Origin: Kiritimatiella glycovorans
Lineage (GTDB): Bacteria > Verrucomicrobiota > Kiritimatiellia > Kiritimatiellales > Kiritimatiellaceae
Assembly: GCF_001017655.1 (NCBI RefSeq)
Contig: NZ_CP010904.1
Coordinates: forward strand, 1,500,001-1,532,000
Direction: 5' to 3'
DNA length: 32,000 bases
The translations under genes were made by a program, and so were the position numbers. Positions within the stretch are counted from its first letter, which is position 1. Every line of letters starts with the position of its first letter. This document shows, piece after piece, positions 17,538 to 25,230 of the stretch. A model generated the notes under the pieces. It searched no databases. It saw only the letters and a list, made by a program, of their open reading frames with translations, and was not told the DNA's origin.

Positions 17538-17819
17538 ATGTGGGAAGTATTTGAACATCGGAACCTGGTCAGAAAGCTTCCGCGCATCCCGGCGGAAATT
17601 TTGAAACGGTACGAAAAATGGAAGGACATCGTGACCATTTCGGGACCCGAGGGCCTTCGCCGGATCGAGGGATTTCATGACGAAGCCCTGCGAGGTGAAT
17701 GGAAAGGACATCGATCGTCGCGGCTCGGCAAACAGTACCGGGTAATTTACAGAATCGAACATCAGCAGTTGCACGTAAAGGTCATTAACATGACAGCCCA
17801 TGATTACCGGAGGAGGTGA
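17538..17819 (+). CDS. higB: HigB/RelE-family toxin (type II toxin-antitoxin)
   Basis: 93 aa ending ...LRGEWKGHRSSRLGKQYRVIYRIEHQQLHVKVINMTAHDY, the HigB-type RelE-fold signature. The toxin-first gene order with an HTH antitoxin is typical of higBA. Confidence 0.75.
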   Translation: MWEVFEHRNLVRKLPRIPAEILKRYEKWKDIVTISGPEGLRRIEGFHDEALRGEWKGHRSSRLGKQYRVIYRIEHQQLHVKVINMTAHDYRRR

Positions 17820-17820
17820 A

Positions 17821-18081
17821 ATGAAGGATTATCGCAAAGCCAGAAAAACCGTGGATGTTTCCGTCGGGGAGTCGGTCCGCATCATGCGGGAATTGCAGGA
17901 ACTCAGCCAGACCGATCTGGCCGAACTTACGGGGATCCCTCAGTCAACCCTGTCGGGGATCGAGAACAATCGGATCAACCTCGGGGTGGAACGCGCTAAG
18001 ACCCTTGCCCGGGCCCTCCGGTGTCACCCGGCCGTGCTGGTCTTTCCCGGATGGGATATCAAAGACCGGCCAGCCGCCTGA
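17821..18081 (+). CDS. higA: HigA-type XRE-family HTH antitoxin
   Basis: ATG 17821 lies 1 nt after the higB stop and is preceded by AGGAGG. The HTH is LSQTDLAELTGIPQSTLSGIENNR. Confidence 0.8.
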   Translation: MKDYRKARKTVDVSVGESVRIMRELQELSQTDLAELTGIPQSTLSGIENNRINLGVERAKTLARALRCHPAVLVFPGWDIKDRPAA

Positions 18082-18387
18082 CCGGACCGGGAGGGGATCC
18101 GTCGCTGTCCAGGGCGCTTGCGCTTGCGGCGCGGTGGAAGCGTGCGGTCGCGGTGAAGGGGGTAGTTCTCGATGATTTGCTCCCCCGGGGTCTCTTCGCG
18201 GATCGTCCATTTGGCAAACGCGATCGAATAGTCTCTCAGCATACCGCGATGCTACAGGGGGATCACCCAGTCCAATGTAGGCCGTTTCAACGTTGTGACA
18301 AATTCTGTTTTCATGGCGCAGTGATGCTATAGCGCCACTTTTGATTCAAGTCATTCTCTTGCTCCCGGCGTCACACCCGGGGGTTGC

Positions 18388-18446
18388 CTGAGTTCGTACG
18401 CGCACTCCCAGCGCCGAAGACGGTGGTCCTGCTGCGCCGAGTACGA
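18388..18446. repeat. GTAC-hexamer repeat, copy 3 (degenerate, one unit inverted)
   Basis: The reverse complement of 18389-18420 reads CTTCGGCGCTGGGAGTGCGCGTACGAACTCAG. 18431-18446 reads GCTGCGCCGAGTACGA. Confidence 0.55.
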
Positions 18447-18454
18447 TCAGAAGT

Positions 18455-20230
18455 CTACACGCGTTCGCGTTCGACGTAGTGCGTGTGCAGGAGGTGGTGG
18501 GAGCGTTCGCCGAGCGGTTCGCTGAAGTACTCCTCGTAGATTTTGAGGATGTCGGGGTTCTCGTGCGACTTGCGGAGCGTCTTGCTCTCGTCCTCGTCGT
18601 AGATCGCCCGGATGCGCTTTTGGCGCACGGTGTCATCGGTGATACGCGGCTGTCCGCCGCCGCCGATGCAGCCGCCCGGACAGGTCATCACCTCGACGAA
18701 GTGATAGCTCGCTTCGCCGCTGCGGATCTTCTCGACCAGCTTACGCGCGTTGCCGAGCCCGTGCGCGACGGCCACGTTCACTTCCACCCCGTCGAGGAAC
18801 GACCACTCCGCGGTCGGATTTTCGATGGTCACCGCGGCTTCCTTCACGCCGTCGAGACTCTCGATCGGCTTCACGTGCAGGTCCTCGAACGGAAGTTCGC
18901 GGCCGGTGATCACTTCGTACGCCGTGCGCAGTGCGGCTTCCATGACGCCGCCGGTGTTGGCGAAGATATCCGCCGCCCCGGAACCGGTACCCAGCGGCGT
19001 ATCCATCTCGCCGTCGGGCAGCGAGTCGAAATCGAGTCCGGCCTGCTGGATCATCCGCCCCAGCTCGCGCGTGGTCAGCACGACATCCACGTCCTGCGTG
19101 CCGCTGTCGTTCATCTCCGGGCGCCCGGCCTCGTACTTCTTGGCCGTGCAGGGCATGATCGAGACGCTGACGATATCCTCGGGCCGTTTCCCGATCTTTT
19201 CGGCGTAATACGTCTTGATGACCGCCCCCATCATCTGCTGCGGCGACTTGCACGTCGAGACGTTGGGCAGCATATCCGGGTAGAAGTATTCCATGAACTT
19301 GATCCAGCCCGGCGAGCAGCTCGTGAACTGCGGCAGCGCGACATCCGGTTCGCCGTCGACCAGCGCCTTCTTCAGGCGGCTGAGCAGCTCGTGCCCTTCC
19401 TCCATGATCGTCAGGTCCGCGGTGAATTCCGTATCGAAGACGGCATCGAAGCCCATCTGCCGGAGCGCGGTGGTCATTTTGCCCGTGACCCGGGTTCCGG
19501 GTTCGTAGTCGAAGCATTCCCCGAGCGCCGCGCGGATCGCCGGGGCGGTCTGGACGACCACGGTCTTTTCCGGATCGTCGAGCGCGGCCCAGACCTCGTC
19601 CGTCTGATCGCGCTCCGAGATCGCGCCCACGGGACAGACCGCCGCACACTGGCCGCACTGGACGCAGGTCACGGTGTCGAGATCCTGGGCGAACGCGGGT
19701 CCGATGGTGGTATGGAATCCACGCCCCTGGGGAAACAGGGCCGAGATGCCCTGCACTTCGTTGCAGATGGTCACGCAGCGGCGGCACATGATGCACTTGG
19801 CCGAATCGCGGACGAGTCCGGGCGTGCTGTGGTCCTGGCCGCGCAGCGCCTTTTCACCCGTGTACTGCAGTTCGCGGATGCCGAGGTCGCGGGCGAGGGT
19901 CTGCAGCTCACAGTCCTCGTTCCGGTCGCAGGTCTGGCAGTCGCCCTCGTGCTCGGAGAGCAGCAGTTCCACAACCGTGCGGCGCGCCTCCCGGACGCGA
20001 CGGTTATTGGTGAAGATCTTCATGCCGTCTTTGACGTGCGTCACGCAGGAGGCGACGAGATCCTTGATGCCTTCGATCTCCACCAGGCAGACGCGGCAGG
20101 CGCCGATCGCCTGCACGTTCTCCAGATAGCAGAGCGTGGGGATCTTCAGCCCGACGGACTGCGCGGCGTTCAGGATCGTCGTGCCTTCCGGCACCTCCAC
20201 AGCTTGATCGTTAATCCAGCATTTCGGCAT
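18455..20230 (-). CDS. hydA: [FeFe]-hydrogenase-type catalytic subunit (HydA-like, M3 architecture), cluster 1
   Basis: 591 aa. N-terminal 2Fe-2S ferredoxin domain, His-ligated 4Fe-4S region (SEHEGDCQTCDRNEDC), two 4Fe-4S motifs (CIMCRRCVTIC, CVQCGQCAAVCP). H-domain motifs are FTSCSPGW (atypical), MPCTAKKYE and EVMTCPGGCIGGGGQP. ATG 20230 follows GGAGG. Confidence 0.9.
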   Translation of the reverse strand: MPKCWINDQAVEVPEGTTILNAAQSVGLKIPTLCYLENVQAIGACRVCLVEIEGIKDLVASCVTHVKDGMKIFTNNRRVREARRTVVELLLSEHEGDCQTCDRNEDCELQTLARDLGIRELQYTGEKALRGQDHSTPGLVRDSAKCIMCRRCVTICNEVQGISALFPQGRGFHTTIGPAFAQDLDTVTCVQCGQCAAVCPVGAISERDQTDEVWAALDDPEKTVVVQTAPAIRAALGECFDYEPGTRVTGKMTTALRQMGFDAVFDTEFTADLTIMEEGHELLSRLKKALVDGEPDVALPQFTSCSPGWIKFMEYFYPDMLPNVSTCKSPQQMMGAVIKTYYAEKIGKRPEDIVSVSIMPCTAKKYEAGRPEMNDSGTQDVDVVLTTRELGRMIQQAGLDFDSLPDGEMDTPLGTGSGAADIFANTGGVMEAALRTAYEVITGRELPFEDLHVKPIESLDGVKEAAVTIENPTAEWSFLDGVEVNVAVAHGLGNARKLVEKIRSGEASYHFVEVMTCPGGCIGGGGQPRITDDTVRQKRIRAIYDEDESKTLRKSHENPDILKIYEEYFSEPLGERSHHLLHTHYVERERV

Positions 20231-20275
20231 GTCGGCCTCCGTCGGGGTTCCGGTGTTCTGTTCTGGGTGCCGGGC

Positions 20276-20301
20276 GGCGCGCTCGGAGATCGCGCCCTAC
20301 C
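20276..20301 (-). repeat. REP-like element (GTAG head + hairpin)
   Basis: Minus strand: GGTAG-GGCGCG-atctccgag-CGCGCC. Shares the 16-mer GAGATCGCGCCCTACC (plus strand) with 29788-29803. Confidence 0.6.
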
Positions 20302-20352
20302 TTTCTGCGGCGCGCCCGGGTCTCGTACCCTGTCCGCAACTCTCTCTAATTC

Positions 20353-20379
20353 TTACTCAGGTTTCAGGTCTCAGCCTTC
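20353..20379 (-). repeat. 27-bp heptad-periodic element, copy A (22 nt after the stop of the NuoF::GltD fusion gene)
   Basis: Minus strand GAAGGCTGAGACCTGAAACCTGAGTAA, identical to the plus strand of 28363-28389. Confidence 0.8.
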
Positions 20380-20400
20380 TCACTCGATCACATCCCCCGC

Positions 20401-23400
20401 TCACCACGTATGCTGTTTCTCCCGGTAATCGCAGCGCAGGCAGCGGCGCGCCTGGCGGCGGGCGACCGGTTCGGTCCACGGCTGTTCGACTTCGTCGAAG
20501 TTGTTCCGCCGCCGTTCGACGGGGATCAGCGGGATGGGTTCGCGATCGTCCGGGATCGGGTCGGCGTCCGGATCGAACTCCGTATCGTTATCGACCTCTT
20601 CGCGCCAGAAGGCGTGGTTCTTGCCGGTGAGCATCGTATCGATACCAACCGCGGCCTTTTCGCCCGCGGCCACGGCTTCGACCACGGATGCCGGGCCGGT
20701 GGCGGCATCGCCGCCGGCGAAGATCCACTCCTCCGAGGTCTGGCCGGTGACCGGATTGATCCGGAGGTAGCCCTTCGACTGGAGTGCGACGTCCTGCCCG
20801 TCCAGCACGGCGCCGGCATCGAGCTTCTGGCCGATCGCGGCGATCACCTGGTCGGCGGGGATCACGAAGGTCTCGTCGGAGGCCTCCGGGCGGCGGCGGC
20901 CGGAGCGGTCGAACGCGCCGAGCGTCATCCGCTTGCAGCGCACGCCGCTGACGGCCCCGTCCTTCAATTCGATCTCGACCGGATTGGTGAGCATCTGCAG
21001 GTGGACGCCCTCGTTCTCCGCCTCTTCGATTTCCTCGGTGTAGGCGGGCATCTGTTCGCGGGTGCGGCGATAGACCACGGTCACGGTCTCCGCGCCGAGG
21101 CGGACGGCCGTCCGGGCGGCATCGACCGCCGCGTTCCCGCCGCCGATGATCACCACGTTCCGGCCGGCGGGGGCCGAGCCGCGGATATTGTACTCGCGCA
21201 GGAAGCGGATCGCCTCCGTCACCTGCGGGGCGTCCTCGCCGGGGATACCGAGCGCGACCCCGTCCGGGGCGCCCATGCTCAGGAAGACCGCGTCGTACCC
21301 CTGCTCGCGCAGGCCGTTGAGCGTGACGTCCTCGCCCAGCTTCGTATTGCACTGGATATCCACGCCCATGCGCTCGATCATGCGCACCTCGCGGGCGAGG
21401 CATTCGCGCGGCAGGCGATACTCGGGGATCGTCTGGACCATCATCCCGCCCGGCCGCGCCTCGGCCTCGAACACCTTCGGCCGATAGCCGAGGCGGGCGA
21501 GGAAGTAGGCGCAGGAGAGGCCGGCCGGCCCGGCGCCGATAACGGCGATCCTGCGCGCCGCGTTCTTCTGGTTCTCCCGCACCTCGGGGACCTGGATGAT
21601 CATTTCCTGTTCGACCATGAACCGCTTCACCGCGCGGATCGAGACGGAGTCGTCGAGGCTCGCGCGGCGGCAGTGGTCTTCGCAGGTATGGAAGCACACC
21701 CGCGCACAGGCCGAGGCGAACGGGTTGCGCTCACGGTGGAGCAGCAGCGCGTCGGCATAGCGTCCTTCGGCCACGCGCGAGACGAAGCCGGGCACGTCCA
21801 CGTTCGCCGGGCAGGCGCTCTGACAGGGCGCGCGCACGAGTTCCGGGCAGACCCCCGCTTCGCACTTATGGTCGCGGATATGGGCGATGTACTCATCGCG
21901 GAAATGCCTCAGCGTGGAGAGCACCGGATTCGCGGCCGTTTTGCCGAGCCCGCAGAGCGCCGACTCCTTGATCTGGTTGCCCAGTTTCTCGAGGCGGTCG
22001 AGGTCCTCCATCTTCCCTTCGCCGCGGCAGATCCCCTCGAGGATCTCCAGCATGCGTTTCGTACCCACGCGGCAGGGAACGCATTTGCCGCACGATTCCT
22101 CCTGCACGAATTCCAGAAAATAGCGGGCCACATCCACCATGCAGCTCTCGTCGTCCATCACGATCAGGCCGCCCGAGCCCATGATCGCGCCGAGTTCCAC
22201 GAGCGACTCGTAGTCCAGCGGGACATTCAGGTGTTCGCGCGGGATACAGCCGCCCGAGGGGCCGCCGAGCTGCGCGGCCTTGAACGGCTTACCGTCGGCC
22301 ACGCCGCCGCCGACGTCGTAGATCAGTTCCCCCAGCGGGATGCCGATCGGCACCTCGACCAGCCCCGTGTTGTTCACCGCTCCGGCCAGCGCGAAGACCT
22401 TCGTGCCGCGGCTCTTTTCGGTGCCCAGCTCCGCGAACCATTCCGGCCCCTTCTGCGCGATGATCGGGACGTTGGCGAAGGTTTCGACGTTATTGAGCAG
22501 CGTCGGCTTATCCCAGAGGCCCTTCTGGGCCGGGAACGGCGGGCGCGGGCGCGGCTCGCCCCGCTTGCCTTCGATCGACGCCAGAAGCGAGGTCTCCTCG
22601 CCGCAGACGAACGCGCCGGATCCCATGCGGATCTCGATATCGAAAGAGAAATCGCTCCCGAAGAGATGCTCTCCGAGCAGACCGCCGTTGCGGGCCTGGT
22701 CGAGCGCCCGGCTCATGCGCTCGACGGCCACCGGGTACTCGGCGCGACAGTAGACGTAGCCGCGGGAGGCCCCGATCGCGAAGCCCGCCAGCGTCATGCC
22801 CTCGATCACCGCATGGGGGTCGCCCTCGAGGATGCTGCGATCCATGAACGCGCCCGGGTCGCCTTCGTCCGCGTTGCAGACGACGCTCTTGGGCGTCTCG
22901 CTCGACTGCCGCGTCAGCTTCCACTTCAGGCCGGTGGGGAAGCCGCCTCCCCCGCGTCCCCGCAGGCCGGACTGCTCCACGTAATCGACCAGCGTATCGG
23001 GATCGAGTTCGGTAAGCGCGCGCGCCAGGCCGCGGTAGCCGTCGGCGGCGATGTAGTCGTCGATCTCGTGCGGATCGACGATGCCGCAGTTGCGGAGCAC
23101 CAGCTTGTGCTGCTTGCGAAAATAATCGATGCGGTCCATTTCGGGGACCGGCTTCCCGGTACCGCCCTCGCGGTAGAGCAGGCGCGTGACCACCTCGCCC
23201 CGGACGATATGCGTGGCGATGATCTCCTCGGCGTCTTCGGGATTGAGCTTCTGGTAGAACACCCCGTCGGGCATGACCTTGGCCACCGGTCCGGCCGCGC
23301 AGGGCCCCATGCAGCCGGTCCGGATGATCCGGACCTTCTCCTGCACGCCGTGCCGTTCCACGGCCTCTTCGAGCGCCCTGCAGATCTCGAGCGCCCCGGA

Positions 23401-23553
23401 GGCCAGGCAGCCGCCCCCCACGCAGACGAGCACCTGGATCGGGCTTCCGCCGTGAATCTTTTCTTCCTCTCCGCCGCGCCGGAGCCCCAGGGCGGGACCG
23501 CGCTCGCGCTTCACTGCTTCAAGGTCGTCGATAGTCCGGATCGTTCTCATCAC
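20401..23553 (-). CDS. Fusion protein: thioredoxin-like [2Fe-2S] domain + NuoF-like flavoprotein (HydB type) + GltD/NfnB-like NAD(P)H oxidoreductase module
   Basis: 1050 aa with VCVGGGCLASG...GCMGPCAAGP; GRGGGGFPTGLKW and SCGKCVPCRVG (NuoF FMN/N3 region); then CQSACPANVDVPGF, IAVIGAGPAGLSCAY and VVIIGGGNAAVDAA (GltD-like). GTG 23553 or ATG 23550 overlaps the upstream stop. Confidence 0.9.
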   Translation of the reverse strand: MMRTIRTIDDLEAVKRERGPALGLRRGGEEEKIHGGSPIQVLVCVGGGCLASGALEICRALEEAVERHGVQEKVRIIRTGCMGPCAAGPVAKVMPDGVFYQKLNPEDAEEIIATHIVRGEVVTRLLYREGGTGKPVPEMDRIDYFRKQHKLVLRNCGIVDPHEIDDYIAADGYRGLARALTELDPDTLVDYVEQSGLRGRGGGGFPTGLKWKLTRQSSETPKSVVCNADEGDPGAFMDRSILEGDPHAVIEGMTLAGFAIGASRGYVYCRAEYPVAVERMSRALDQARNGGLLGEHLFGSDFSFDIEIRMGSGAFVCGEETSLLASIEGKRGEPRPRPPFPAQKGLWDKPTLLNNVETFANVPIIAQKGPEWFAELGTEKSRGTKVFALAGAVNNTGLVEVPIGIPLGELIYDVGGGVADGKPFKAAQLGGPSGGCIPREHLNVPLDYESLVELGAIMGSGGLIVMDDESCMVDVARYFLEFVQEESCGKCVPCRVGTKRMLEILEGICRGEGKMEDLDRLEKLGNQIKESALCGLGKTAANPVLSTLRHFRDEYIAHIRDHKCEAGVCPELVRAPCQSACPANVDVPGFVSRVAEGRYADALLLHRERNPFASACARVCFHTCEDHCRRASLDDSVSIRAVKRFMVEQEMIIQVPEVRENQKNAARRIAVIGAGPAGLSCAYFLARLGYRPKVFEAEARPGGMMVQTIPEYRLPRECLAREVRMIERMGVDIQCNTKLGEDVTLNGLREQGYDAVFLSMGAPDGVALGIPGEDAPQVTEAIRFLREYNIRGSAPAGRNVVIIGGGNAAVDAARTAVRLGAETVTVVYRRTREQMPAYTEEIEEAENEGVHLQMLTNPVEIELKDGAVSGVRCKRMTLGAFDRSGRRRPEASDETFVIPADQVIAAIGQKLDAGAVLDGQDVALQSKGYLRINPVTGQTSEEWIFAGGDAATGPASVVEAVAAGEKAAVGIDTMLTGKNHAFWREEVDNDTEFDPDADPIPDDREPIPLIPVERRRNNFDEVEQPWTEPVARRQARRCLRCDYREKQHTW

Positions 23554-24074
23554 TGGGATTCCTCCGACTTACGGTACGGGTCGAGCATCTGACGGACGCG
23601 GGCCGGCTTCACGCGCTGGTGCACGTCGTCGTCGATCATCACCGCCGGGGCGAGCCCGCAGGCCCCGAAACAGCGCGCGATCTCCAGCGTGAACTGTCGA
23701 TTCTCCGTGGTCTCGCCCACCTCCACGCCCAGCTCCTTCTTGAGCGCCTCCAGCACCTGCTTTCCCCCGCGGACGTAGCAGGCCGTGCCCAGGCAGACGC
23801 GGATCACATGCTCGCCGCGCGGCTGGGTGGAAAAATAGGAGTAGAACCCGATGACACCCGCGACCTCGCTGTACGGCCGGTCCAGCCCGCGGCTCACGCG
23901 CTTGATGACGTCCTCGGGAAGATAGCCGAACAACTCCTGCGCCTGCTGCAGAACCGGAATCAGCCCCCCGGGCACCGATCGATACCGGTCGAGCAGTTCG
24001 TCCAGCTCCGCAAAATGCTCCGCGGAACATTCCCCACCGCAACATGTGTTTTCTTCAATCCCGGAACAAATCAT
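23550..24074 (-). CDS. hydC: NuoE-like [2Fe-2S] subunit (HydC type), cluster 1, with Cys-rich N-terminus
   Basis: ORF 23550..24086, whose first codon is TTG. Start set to ATG 24074 (MICSGIEENTCCGGECS), 5 nt after GGAGG. Cluster motifs CLGTACYVRGG and CFGACGLAP are present. Confidence 0.85.
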   Translation of the reverse strand: MICSGIEENTCCGGECSAEHFAELDELLDRYRSVPGGLIPVLQQAQELFGYLPEDVIKRVSRGLDRPYSEVAGVIGFYSYFSTQPRGEHVIRVCLGTACYVRGGKQVLEALKKELGVEVGETTENRQFTLEIARCFGACGLAPAVMIDDDVHQRVKPARVRQMLDPYRKSEESQ

Positions 24075-24324
24075 AGGAGCCTCCAAATAACATCATTCAC
24101 AAAACATAAAAACTTCCTGATCTGCAAATTTTGATATTAAAAACACATCTTACGGTAACAGACAACATAATTAAGACAATAGGGGTTTTTTATTTTAAAC
24201 TATTTGGCCGCAATAAGTTATGTCTTTTTCTTCTCGCCCGCGCGCCCGAAAACGTTACAATTCGGCGAAATATTCTACTGAGCGGCTGATTGTTCGACCT
24301 CAGCGGCGTTTTAAGGAGGAGCGG
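24075..24324. promoter_or_regulatory. AT-rich divergent intergenic control region between the two hydrogenase clusters
   Basis: A 250-bp, conspicuously AT-rich spacer in an otherwise GC-rich window, lying between two divergent start codons. No convincing -24/-12 element was found by eye. Confidence 0.5.
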
Positions 24325-24705
24325 ATGGCAAAAATACTGGTGGTGGACGACGATCCGGACGTAGTGGAGGCGGTAACGCTGGTGTTGGGGTCGGAGGGAC
24401 ACGAGACGGCCACGGCGAACAACCGCGGCGACGGCATGGTGGCGGTGAAGTCGTTTAATCCTGAGCTGCTGGTACTGGATGTGATGATGGAGCAGCAGGA
24501 TGACGGGTTCACGATGGCGCAGGAGCTGCGTCGCAACGGGTTTGACCGTCCCATCCTGATGCTCACAAGTCTCGGCAAGGTCACGGGGCTGGATTACGGG
24601 AGGGATGAGTCGGTGGTGCCCGTGGATGCGTTCATGGAGAAGCCGGTGGAGCCGGGCGCGCTGGTGGAGCGGGTCAACGAACTGCTTGCGGCGAAGGAGG
24701 GTTGA
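24325..24705 (+). CDS. Stand-alone response regulator receiver (CheY-like) protein
   Basis: ORF 24220..24705. Start set to ATG 24325 (MAKILVVDDDPD) after AAGGAGGA. Receiver residues are DDD, LLVLDVMM, ILMLTS and FMEKP. There is no output domain. The stop lies 3 nt before the hydC2 start. Confidence 0.85.
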   Translation: MAKILVVDDDPDVVEAVTLVLGSEGHETATANNRGDGMVAVKSFNPELLVLDVMMEQQDDGFTMAQELRRNGFDRPILMLTSLGKVTGLDYGRDESVVPVDAFMEKPVEPGALVERVNELLAAKEG

Positions 24706-24708
24706 ACG

Positions 24709-25230
24709 ATGCTCAGGTCCGAACAGGAACAATTGCGCAAGAATATCGAGCAGTGGGTGGAGCAGTACGGCCGCGACCGCAGTGCGCTGCTCCCCGTGCT
24801 GAAGAAGGTGCAGCATGATTACGGGCACATCTCCGAATACGTGATGCAGGTGATCGCGGACATCCTGGACATCCACCCGGTCGAGGTGCACGGGGTGGTG
24901 TCCTTCTACAGTTTTCTCGGCCAGCGCCAGAAGGGGCGCTATGTGATCCGCCTCTGCCGCACGATCTCGTGCGACATGCAGGGCAAGGACCGCGTCGCCC
25001 GGCAGCTCCGCAACGATCTGGGCATCGAGTTCGGCGAGATGACCCCGGACGGCCACTTCACGCTGGAGTGGGCGAACTGCCTGGGGATGTGCGACGAGGG
25101 TCCCGCGATGCTGGTGAACGACCGCATCTACACCCGCGTCACGCCGGAGCGGATCCACGACATTCTCGAGGAGTGCCGCAAATCGTTCGGCGTCTATCCC
25201 ACCCCTATGAAGGAGGCGGAACCGGCATGA
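24709..25230 (+). CDS. hydC: NuoE-like [2Fe-2S] subunit (HydC type), cluster 2
   Basis: 173 aa with LCRTISCDMQG and CLGMCDEGP. ATG 24709 lies 8 nt after GAAGGAGG. Confidence 0.85.
   Translation: MLRSEQEQLRKNIEQWVEQYGRDRSALLPVLKKVQHDYGHISEYVMQVIADILDIHPVEVHGVVSFYSFLGQRQKGRYVIRLCRTISCDMQGKDRVARQLRNDLGIEFGEMTPDGHFTLEWANCLGMCDEGPAMLVNDRIYTRVTPERIHDILEECRKSFGVYPTPMKEAEPA

Noticed and set aside
18024-18242. 72-aa minus-strand ORF (MLRDYSIAFAKWTIREETPGEQIIENYPLH...) with a TTGTCA-16-TACATT promoter-like sequence upstream, antisense to the higA 3' end.
   Set aside because: Only the first ~30 residues look protein-like and the rest is Arg/Pro/Gly-rich. There is no SD and no family match. It may be a gene remnant or antisense transcript, but it is not supportable as a CDS.
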